Source: a bacterium
GTDB lineage: Bacteria > Babelota > Babeliae > Babelales > JABCYS01
DNA: 6,867 bases
Direction of reading: 5' to 3'
Assembly: GCA_027452085.1 (NCBI GenBank)
Contig: DAIDHG010000049.1
Coordinates: 1 to 6,867, forward strand
Shown here: in pieces, positions 1 through 6,398 of the stretch
Position numbering within the stretch: position 1 is the first letter of the stretch
Layout of the letters: each line of letters begins with the position of its first letter
Program-made: the position numbers and the translations under genes
Notes under the pieces: generated by a model
The model's database searches: none
The model's input: only the letters and a program-made list of their open reading frames with translations
Told to the model about the DNA's origin: nothing

Positions 1-1
1 G

Positions 2-1765
2 GGTATTTCTCAAGAAATCAATACTACGCTCCTTCAGGCCCGCCAGCAGGCTATTGGGCAGATTCATAGCCAACTTTCCGGCTATGGTAATGAAGGCTTG
101 GCTATGTTCCTCGCAAATATGGCACAGGCTGATGAAGGGCGCTTGGGCAATGTGGACTTTAACGCATTTGCCAAGGCCAATGAGTCCGGCCCGCTAGCGC
201 GCGCCAATGCGGTTGCGCGGGCGTTTCGTGCCAACCCGCGCATGAAGCAGTTTCCTAAATATGGTGAAATTGCTAAAAGCGGCGCGTTTGCCAAAGCTGA
301 TTTGGATGTTGGCACGCTGACTAACTTCTCGCAAATCACTGGTGGTCAGGCGCTTGGCTATGTGTCGCTTGATACCATGATGGCGCGAGGCACTGTGCGG
401 CCTTCCTCGTTCACTCTGTATCAGTGCTTGAACAAATCTGCGGCTAATCAGGTTGTTGACTATTGGGCCTATGCGTCGGCTACAGGTGGTGCGCTTCCTG
501 GTTCGGCGTTTGCCTCGTATTCTTCGGTGAATAGCGGTGCGCTTGCTACCAATGCGGGCCAATACTCGCTGAAGTATATTACCCTTCAGTTGGCTCTTGA
601 TGGTCGTGCTATCACGACTGCCTTGGCGGCTCAGAACTCGTTTGTGAACGTGGCTGAGCAGGAAAACACCAATGCGGCCTTGGCGGTTCTTGAGACCATC
701 AACTGGGCTTGCTATTGGGGTAATCCGACCAACTATCCGAACCAGTTTGCAGGCTTGGCGCAGACGATCCCCACTACCAATCAGATTGATTTTCAACAAT
801 ATCTGAATGAAGTGTCTGGGCTTGGATACAGTGTTGAGCAGAACGTGTTCAACCTGATTTATGAGCAAGCGGCTTCTATCACCAGCTACCGCACGTATGG
901 TATCGTTACCCATGCGTTCATGTCGCCAATTATGGCTGGTGCGCTGCAGACCTTGACCACCACGCTGTTGAACAACCTTGTCAATGGTAAGGGCTTCACT
1001 GATCACTCTGGTATTATTGTGAACGGTGATCTACAAGGCATGAATACCCGCTTTGGCGATATTCACTTCCCTGTTGACTTGTTCATTACCTCGCGTGACA
1101 AACCGGCTCAGGCTATTGTCTATGACAATGGTACGTCGCCTGTTACCGTCACCAATCCGACCAAGCCTGCTTCGGTCACTGTGACTGCCAGCGGCACGGC
1201 TAATGGCTCTGATTGGACGACTGCCTATGTCGCCAACAGCGGTGATTATGTCTATGCTGTGGCGTCTATGAATGGCAGCATGACCGAATCCACGCTTACC
1301 TATGGTGCGGCTACGGGCATTGCGGCTGGTGGTGCGTATTCGGTGGTCATTGCGCCTCCGGCTGACGCAACTGCTTCGGTGTTCCGTGTGTATCGTTCTG
1401 GCAATGGCTTGACGCTTGCTCAGGTCACTGCGATTAGCAGCGCGGCGCAGCAGGCTGACTTGTTCCGTTTTGTTGGTGAGGTTTTGGCTAATGGTTCTAG
1501 CAACGTCACTTTTGTTGACTTGAACACTCATATTCCTTCAAGCGAAACAATTTTCTTGTTGGATATGGATGAAGGTGATATGGCGCTTGATTTTCGTTAT
1601 CTGTTGCCGCTTAGCCGAATCAACCTGTTTGCCCAATCGCTTTACATGCCTTGGGCTATTGCAATGATTGGTGCTATTCGCAACCGGATTCCGAAATTCC
1701 ACGGTATGATTACCAACGTAATTGTTAATAATCCCGACTTTAATCCGCTGGCGACTAACCTTTAA
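2..1765 (+). CDS. Major capsid protein, SPO1/Twort/phage K (Herelleviridae)-like, with Ig/FN3-like insertion domain; 5' partial
   Basis: The frame of ORF 98..1765 is open back to position 2 (GISQEINTTLLQARQQAIGQIHSQLSGYGNEGLAMF...), so the true start lies upstream. Collinear motifs resemble the phage K/A511 capsid as I recall it: ETINWACYWG..QFAGLAQTI (cf. KTIEWASFYG..EFDGLAKLI), YGIVTHAFMSP (FGTATDAYMP), NPTKPASVTVT (NAPQPAKVTAT), VYRSG (IYRQG), FVDLNTHIPSSETIF (FVDKNETLPETADVF), LLPLSRINL...GAIRNRIPKFHGMITNV (LLPMMKLPL...GALALRAPKKWARIKNV). Confidence 0.88.
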   Translation, partial: GISQEINTTLLQARQQAIGQIHSQLSGYGNEGLAMFLANMAQADEGRLGNVDFNAFAKANESGPLARANAVARAFRANPRMKQFPKYGEIAKSGAFAKADLDVGTLTNFSQITGGQALGYVSLDTMMARGTVRPSSFTLYQCLNKSAANQVVDYWAYASATGGALPGSAFASYSSVNSGALATNAGQYSLKYITLQLALDGRAITTALAAQNSFVNVAEQENTNAALAVLETINWACYWGNPTNYPNQFAGLAQTIPTTNQIDFQQYLNEVSGLGYSVEQNVFNLIYEQAASITSYRTYGIVTHAFMSPIMAGALQTLTTTLLNNLVNGKGFTDHSGIIVNGDLQGMNTRFGDIHFPVDLFITSRDKPAQAIVYDNGTSPVTVTNPTKPASVTVTASGTANGSDWTTAYVANSGDYVYAVASMNGSMTESTLTYGAATGIAAGGAYSVVIAPPADATASVFRVYRSGNGLTLAQVTAISSAAQQADLFRFVGEVLANGSSNVTFVDLNTHIPSSETIFLLDMDEGDMALDFRYLLPLSRINLFAQSLYMPWAIAMIGAIRNRIPKFHGMITNVIVNNPDFNPLATNL

Positions 1766-1788
1766 GCCAGAGCCTATTTGAGTAATAC

Positions 1789-1826
1789 AAAACCCTTCTA
1801 GTGAAAACTAGAAGGGTTTTCTTTTG
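1789..1826. terminator. Bidirectional rho-independent terminator between the convergent capsid and HNH genes
   Basis: Perfect stem AAAACCCTTCTAG-tgaaaa-CTAGAAGGGTTTT followed by CTTTT, with an A-tract on the left and a T-tract on the right. It lies between the stop codons at 1765 (+) and 1827 (-). Confidence 0.85.
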
Positions 1827-3419
1827 TCACGGCTTCCAGACAACAATATGGCGTTTAGGCGTCCATATCTTAAAAATACCATTTGCTCTGATATTGTCTT
1901 CTCGTGTATATTCTTCGTTATAATATAACAAATTACTTGCCATCTTATTTTCGTTAGACAGGTACCGTTGATGCTGAACGCGATCTGGATACACCCATTG
2001 AAAAGATTCAGGGCTGTATCCAATATGTTCAAAACCTATGGTTTCGTGACCTCCACCATCTGCATATCGACTATCAACAAAAGTGCGTATAGGTTTTACC
2101 CCGTAAAAAGACCACAGAGCTTTCATAATTTTACTCATTCCTCCCGGCACATGCCCATGGAAAGCAAGACGGTCACACTCCCATGTATCTTCTTTATCAT
2201 GAAATTCACCAAGCCCAAAAAGAGTTTCTCCATCTGTCAAGCCGATTCTAATAGGCGCAATCACATTACCCATAACATGATGAGTATTCAAAAACATTTT
2301 TGCTTGCTCTGCATTTACGTCTATAATATCAAGTTTTCTTGCTCCAGGCGCACGTAGTGCAATACCAAGTTTTGATTTAAGCATGTTGATACAAGAAGCA
2401 CGTCTATTATACCATTCATGATCAAATAAGATTATAGGTTGATCAAACGTAGTTTGTGCCCATTTAGCCATTTTACCTTTTTGAGATGCAGGATTACGAT
2501 CACTGCCAAAGAAAGTAGAAATAATGCAAAAAATGCGAGATTTGCCTTCAATACTGGCCAAAGTCCAAGACCCGTTGCCGTTATATACTGCGTGGATATT
2601 TTCTTTAGCAAGCGTTTGCCTTATGGTTTGCTGTTTCAAAAATATTTTGTCTTCTACAGGCATCACTGATTTAGGTAGCCATTCCAAATTATAGATACTT
2701 TTTTGCCGACTATAATTACAAGATTCGCAAGTGAGGGCAAGATTTTGTGTGCTGCTTCTGCCCCCACGAGCGCGAGGCAAAATATGTTCAATGGTAACTT
2801 TTTCCATTGGGCTATTACAAAAATAGCAATAGTCGGCTTGCCAAGCATGAAGACGTGCGATTACCGACTGGTCAATCAGTTTATCTTCAGTCTTTTTCAC
2901 GTAGCCAGACTTAGTATTGCCCTCTAAATCCCATCGCTTATGCCGAGAAATATTACGACGCTCATAACTTTTTGCTTTCCATTCTGGATCAGTTGCGCGT
3001 CTTGTGGCCGTATATTCGCGATGATATTTACGGCGTTCGTCTATTGGGCGTTTGGCATACTGCTTTTTGTTTGATTCACGTATTTTTTCAGGGTTGTTTT
3101 TGCCCCATTCTCTTTGCCATGCAAGAATTTTATCTCGGTATTCCGCGTCATTGTTGTACCGATCTTTCATGCGTGAAGCGTGTTTATTTCTATTTTTTTC
3201 TTTGTATTCTTTTATTTTATCAGGATTTGTTTCGCGAAATGCTTTCGCTCTAGCAGCAGATGCAGATCGTTGCTCAGGGGTAAACTGCTCCCGCGCTTTA
3301 GCATTGCGAAGTTTATGGCAATCCCTACAAAACGGCTTGTGCCCATCTTTATAGGCTTTACCTTTGTTAAAATCATCAAGTGGCTTTTCTGTATGACAGT
3401 CTGTGCAAATCTTTATCAT
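1827..3419 (-). CDS. Zn-finger/HNH endonuclease fused to a Hef-like (degenerate Vsr/DUF559 + Mom-like GNAT) C-terminal region, copy B (530 aa)
   Basis: Start re-assigned to ATG 3419 (MIKICTDC), matching the paralog start MIKTCRTC. N-terminal CxxC..CxxC; HNH core YCYFC..TIEHILPRARGG..NLALTCESCN; C-terminal IILFDHEW..ARKL..FLNTHHVMG..WECDRLAF..GGMSKIM..IRTFVDSRYADG..IGF typical of Hef-like phage proteins. Confidence 0.85.
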   Translation of the reverse strand: MIKICTDCHTEKPLDDFNKGKAYKDGHKPFCRDCHKLRNAKAREQFTPEQRSASAARAKAFRETNPDKIKEYKEKNRNKHASRMKDRYNNDAEYRDKILAWQREWGKNNPEKIRESNKKQYAKRPIDERRKYHREYTATRRATDPEWKAKSYERRNISRHKRWDLEGNTKSGYVKKTEDKLIDQSVIARLHAWQADYCYFCNSPMEKVTIEHILPRARGGRSSTQNLALTCESCNYSRQKSIYNLEWLPKSVMPVEDKIFLKQQTIRQTLAKENIHAVYNGNGSWTLASIEGKSRIFCIISTFFGSDRNPASQKGKMAKWAQTTFDQPIILFDHEWYNRRASCINMLKSKLGIALRAPGARKLDIIDVNAEQAKMFLNTHHVMGNVIAPIRIGLTDGETLFGLGEFHDKEDTWECDRLAFHGHVPGGMSKIMKALWSFYGVKPIRTFVDSRYADGGGHETIGFEHIGYSPESFQWVYPDRVQHQRYLSNENKMASNLLYYNEEYTREDNIRANGIFKIWTPKRHIVVWKP

Positions 3420-3426
3420 GAAAAAT

Positions 3427-3456
3427 AATATAGCATAAATCGTCAAATCTGTCAAG
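3427..3456 (-). promoter_or_regulatory. Sigma70/RpoD promoter for HNH copy B; leaderless transcript
   Basis: The minus strand reads CTTGAC-agatttgacgatttatg(17)-CTATATT-atttttc-ATG. There is no Shine-Dalgarno, and the ATG sits at the expected +1. Confidence 0.75.
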
Positions 3457-3489
3457 CCTGTTTGCTCACAATTTGTATAAGCTTTTTTA

Positions 3490-5136
3490 TCACGGTTCCC
3501 ACACAACAATATGACGCTTAGGCGTCCATATCTTGAAAATACCATTTGCCTTGATATTGTCTTCTCGCGAGGCATCTTCACGTATATAAAGTAAATTGCG
3601 CAGCATTTTATTCATATTTGATAAAAAGCGTTGATGCTGTACTCGATTTGGGAGCACCCATTGATAGGATTCAGGGCTGTAGCCAACATGCTTAAAGCCT
3701 ATAGTTTCATGACCGCCACCATCGGCATATCGACTATCTACAAAAGTGCGTATAGGTTTAGCACCTTTTGTAGCCCATAGCGACTTCATGATGCGACTCA
3801 TGCCTCCAGGCACATGCCCATGAAAAGCTAACCGATCACATTCCCATACCTCACCTTTATCATGAAATTCACCAAGCCCAAAAAGAGTTTCCCCATCTGT
3901 CAAGCCGATTCTAATAGGCGCGTTGACATTACCCATAACGTGATGCGTATCAAGAAATTCTTTTGCGTCGGTAGCATTGACATCAATTAAATCTAATTTG
4001 CGCGCACCGGGAGCACGTAATGCAATTCCAAGTTTAGATTTAAGCATGTTGATGCAAGAAGCACGTCTATTGTACCATTCGTGGTCAAAAAGAATAATGG
4101 GGGCTTCAAAATGTTCTTGTGCCCATTTTGCCATTCGGCCATTGCGAGACGCAGGATTGCGGTCACTACCAAAAAAAGTAGAAATTATGACTAGGATTTT
4201 GGTTTTGGCATTTGGTGCGGTAATTTCCCATGAACCATCAGGCAAAAGATTGGCAATAATATCAGCATCTTTTAAGTCTTTTTTAATATTGCGGGATTGC
4301 AAATATGTATGATTTTCAACAGGAAACACTTTTCGGGGACGCCAATCAAGATGATAAATTCTATCCTTGCGTCCTGAATTGCATAGTACGCAAGTTAAAA
4401 CTAAATTTTGATCCGTACTAGGACCACCACGTTTACGCGGCAAGATATGTTCAATTGTAAATTTTTCTAAAGGAATATTACAAAAATAGCAGTGATCTTT
4501 TTGCCAGCCATGCAACCGGCGTAAGATAGGAGCATCAATTACTTTATCTGATGCACCGCGTATCCAGCTTGAATTAGAGATAACGTCTTTATGCCAATTT
4601 TTATGCCTGTAAACAGTTTTAATTTCTTTTTCGCGTTTGTGCCAATCAAGATCGGTTTTGCGCTTGTTTAACGCCCAATCACGACGATACATATTTATTT
4701 TTTCTTGATTTTTTTGCTCCCATAATTCGCGTTTTGCTTTCTTTCTTTCTATACAAGTGGCTTTGCGCGCTTTACGGCTAGATGCAAGCATCTGCTCTTT
4801 AAAACTTGCATCAGAATTGAATCTAATTTTAAAATCTTCAAAATTTAAAATTTCTTTTTGATCTTGATTTTGACGTTGATACCGCCGCCAAGATGCAATA
4901 ACCTCGTGCTCTTTTTGCCTGTATTTTTTTAATGCTTGTTTGGCAGAATCAGGGTTATGTTGCCGCCGCGTTTTTGCTTTAGCAGCATTTTCTTTTGAAT
5001 TTGCAGCGTACCGCAAACGCGCTTTTTCTCTTGCACAATCTTTACATTCATTGTTGTACCCATCTTTAATATGCTTGTTTATTGTATAATCAGCATATGT
5101 TTTTTCTATTTTGCATGTACGGCATGTTTTAATCAT
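3490..5136 (-). CDS. Zn-finger/HNH endonuclease fused to a Hef-like (degenerate Vsr/DUF559 + Mom-like GNAT) C-terminal region, copy A (548 aa)
   Basis: CRTC..CKDC Zn finger; Lys/Arg-rich helical linker; HNH HCYFC..TIEHILPRKRGG..NLVLTCVLCN; C-terminal half highly similar to copy B (37 consecutive identical residues PIILFDHEW...GARKLD). Confidence 0.87.
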   Translation of the reverse strand: MIKTCRTCKIEKTYADYTINKHIKDGYNNECKDCAREKARLRYAANSKENAAKAKTRRQHNPDSAKQALKKYRQKEHEVIASWRRYQRQNQDQKEILNFEDFKIRFNSDASFKEQMLASSRKARKATCIERKKAKRELWEQKNQEKINMYRRDWALNKRKTDLDWHKREKEIKTVYRHKNWHKDVISNSSWIRGASDKVIDAPILRRLHGWQKDHCYFCNIPLEKFTIEHILPRKRGGPSTDQNLVLTCVLCNSGRKDRIYHLDWRPRKVFPVENHTYLQSRNIKKDLKDADIIANLLPDGSWEITAPNAKTKILVIISTFFGSDRNPASRNGRMAKWAQEHFEAPIILFDHEWYNRRASCINMLKSKLGIALRAPGARKLDLIDVNATDAKEFLDTHHVMGNVNAPIRIGLTDGETLFGLGEFHDKGEVWECDRLAFHGHVPGGMSRIMKSLWATKGAKPIRTFVDSRYADGGGHETIGFKHVGYSPESYQWVLPNRVQHQRFLSNMNKMLRNLLYIREDASREDNIKANGIFKIWTPKRHIVVWEP

Positions 5137-5142
5137 GGAACA

Positions 5143-5172
5143 TATATAGCACCAAAATCAAGCCACGTCAAT
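5143..5172 (-). promoter_or_regulatory. Sigma70/RpoD promoter for HNH copy A; leaderless transcript
   Basis: The minus strand reads ATTGAC-gtggcttgattttggtg(17)-CTATATA-tgttcc-ATG, with no SD. Confidence 0.7.
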
Positions 5173-5177
5173 AGGCT

Positions 5178-5212
5178 TACTGTCAGAAAAATGTAGCATT
5201 TTTCGGACAGTA
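5178..5212. repeat. 35-bp imperfect palindrome between divergent promoters (candidate operator or hairpin)
   Basis: TACTGTCaGAAAAATG-tag-CATTTTTCgGACAGTA: 16-bp arms with one mismatch and a 3-nt centre. Confidence 0.8.
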
Positions 5213-5217
5213 TTTGA

Positions 5218-5249
5218 CTTGACACAAGGGTGAATAAATGCTATATAAT
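5218..5249 (+). promoter_or_regulatory. Consensus sigma70/RpoD promoter driving the candidate sRNA
   Basis: CTTGAC(5218-5223)-17 nt-CTATAT(5241-5246)AAT. Confidence 0.75.
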
Positions 5250-5252
5250 GAG

Positions 5253-5320
5253 GGTCTCCTAGGTTGTTATGACTTTTAGCACCGTCTCAGCCTTGATTGG
5301 CTTGGACGGTGCTCTTTTTT
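5253..5320 (+). ncRNA. Candidate ~68-nt small RNA with 5' anti-Shine-Dalgarno motif (UCUCCU)
   Basis: Bounded by a consensus promoter and an intrinsic terminator, with no credible ORF. The 5' segment GGUCUCCUAGGUUGUUAUGACUUUU precedes the terminator stem. Confidence 0.5.
5278..5320 (+). terminator. Rho-independent terminator
   Basis: AGCACCGTC-tcAGCC-ttgatt-GGCTtg-GACGGTGCT followed by CTTTTTT. Confidence 0.8.
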
Positions 5321-5330
5321 ATGGTATAAA
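5302..5330 (+). promoter_or_regulatory. Extended -10 promoter, leaderless, for the 5337 gene
   Basis: TTGGAC-17 nt (ending TGG)-TATAAA-gaaaac-ATG; the -35 overlaps the terminator stem. Confidence 0.5.
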
Positions 5331-5336
5331 GAAAAC

Positions 5337-5717
5337 ATGAGAATTCAAGCAAAGCTAAATCCAGCGTCTCACATTCACAAATCCTGGCGTTTGCAAGCGC
5401 GTATTGGCGGTACGCTTAATGGTGTGTATTTCAAACTTCGCACAAATCGTGAATATGTTTCTGATGAAGTGCCGCCGCATTTGCTTGCTGGTCTTAATGG
5501 GCATCGGCATGTGCAGCTAGAAATGATGAGCGAGCCTATGGTGATTGATATTAAGGTAGAGCCAGAGGTATCTCCTTTTGTGCAACCTATTATTCCTCTT
5601 CCTTCTCCGCAAGAAGATGTTGCACCTATTGAGGATGCTGCATCTAGCATGGACGAAGTTGCGGCTATTGAGGAACAGACCCCTAAGAAGCGTGGACGGC
5701 CAGCCAAGGCTGTGTGA
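5337..5717 (+). CDS. Hypothetical phage protein (126 aa) with acidic/Pro-rich linker and C-terminal AT-hook (KKRGRPAK)
   Basis: Globular-looking N-terminus, low-complexity acidic tail and RGRP motif. It occupies the small-gene slot that follows the capsid gene in SPO1-like modules. Confidence 0.75.
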   Translation: MRIQAKLNPASHIHKSWRLQARIGGTLNGVYFKLRTNREYVSDEVPPHLLAGLNGHRHVQLEMMSEPMVIDIKVEPEVSPFVQPIIPLPSPQEDVAPIEDAASSMDEVAAIEEQTPKKRGRPAKAV

Positions 5718-5718
5718 T

Positions 5719-5844
5719 ATGGACCCATTCTTTCAACTACCTAAGCCCTACAAATCAGTGTTAAAATACTCGTTGGCGTCAATACCGTATTTTCCTTGGT
5801 TTGTCTGGAAATCGGTTTTAAAATATGAGTTGAGTGATGGCTAA
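5719..5844 (+). CDS. Putative 41-aa microprotein MDPFFQLPKPYKSVLKYSLASIPYFPWFVWKSVLKYELSDG
   Basis: The ATG lies 1 nt after the upstream stop and its own stop overlaps the next start. The internal repeat KSVLKY x2 differs only at three synonymous third-codon positions. Confidence 0.6.
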   Translation: MDPFFQLPKPYKSVLKYSLASIPYFPWFVWKSVLKYELSDG

Positions 5845-6367
5845 AAAAGCGGTTATCCCGCAAGCCCCTGCTATATCTGTTCAAGAACTTCCCCCTCCTA
5901 ATCCATACCGATCAGTAACTTTTGCTGATATGCCGCGCTATGTGGAGCATCAAGAAAAGATGCTGCCAGAGAATTTGCATGCTTTGGCAAATGAGATTGT
6001 GCGGTTGAGCAGATTAGGCAACTCGTGGAGCGGCATGGCGGGACGGCTAGGGCTGTTTCCTGATGAGTTGAGGAAACTATGCATGGCTTATCCAGAACTG
6101 GCTAGAGCAGCCGCATTTGGGCTTGGTGTGGGTTCTGAGGATATGACGCAGATGGTTTATGAGAAAGCTATTGTGGAAAAGGATTTGGCAGCAGCGACAT
6201 TCTGGTTGAAAGCGCGAGGCGGCTTTGAGCCACCACCGCAAAAAGGCACAAGCATTTCTGTAACATCTGGGGATGTGACAGTGAGTGTGGATTTAGATCG
6301 ACTGCGTGATATGGCGGCAGAACAGGCTAATTTGATTGATGGTGAATTTACTGATGTGGAGCCTTAG
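5837..6367 (+). CDS. Terminase small subunit-like HTH protein
   Basis: HTH-like segment (LSRLGNSWSGMAGRLGLFPDELRKL..YPELARA..G) followed by DLAAATFWLKARGG, a motif typical of TerS-like proteins, then a beta-rich segment and an acidic IDGEF tail. Start is GTG 5834 or ATG 5837. Confidence 0.65.
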   Translation: MAKKAVIPQAPAISVQELPPPNPYRSVTFADMPRYVEHQEKMLPENLHALANEIVRLSRLGNSWSGMAGRLGLFPDELRKLCMAYPELARAAAFGLGVGSEDMTQMVYEKAIVEKDLAAATFWLKARGGFEPPPQKGTSISVTSGDVTVSVDLDRLRDMAAEQANLIDGEFTDVEP

Positions 6368-6383
6368 ATTAATCGCATATTTG

Positions 6384-6392
6384 TGGTATAGT
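6384..6392 (+). promoter_or_regulatory. Extended -10 element, leaderless, for the 6399 gene
   Basis: TGG-TATAGT-cattaa-ATG; no SD in the 31-bp intergenic gap. Confidence 0.5.
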
Positions 6393-6398
6393 CATTAA

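Larger units (their letters stand above)
1827..4500 (-). repeat. Diverged tandem duplication (offset 1663 bp) of the HNH + Hef-like halves of the two genes
   Basis: 1827.. aligns with 3490..; 2192-2258 vs 3855-3921 are identical at 66 of 67 bases. Confidence 0.9.

Noticed and set aside
82..1531. Antisense ORFs 82..339, 194..1006 and 1031..1531
   Set aside because: Shadows of the codon-biased capsid gene, with no recognisable protein features.
3464..3473. AATTGTGAGC (minus strand), identical to a lac operator half-site
   Set aside because: Only a 10-bp half site with no vector context; likely chance.
3420..3581. 54-aa N-terminal extension of ORF 1827..3581
   Set aside because: It overlaps the 3' end of copy A in another frame and spans the promoter. 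Paralog alignment and promoter position place the start at 3419.
1808..4312. Short ORFs overlapping the nuclease genes (1808..2032, 1968..2357, 2439..2669, 2663..2848, 2703..2927, 2972..3253, 3052..3354, 3180..3428, 3977..4312)
   Set aside because: Alternative-frame or antisense reads of clear coding genes; no expression signals or motifs.
1827..5136. Possibility that the HNH proteins are IscB/Cas9-like RNA-guided nucleases or intron-encoded
   Set aside because: No RuvC motifs, PLMP domain, CRISPR repeats or large structured RNA are visible. The genes are free-standing with their own promoters and do not interrupt a coding sequence.
5248..5262. Mini-ORF ATG AGG GTC TCC TAG (MRVS)
   Set aside because: The ATG directly abuts the -10 element, upstream of the expected transcription start.
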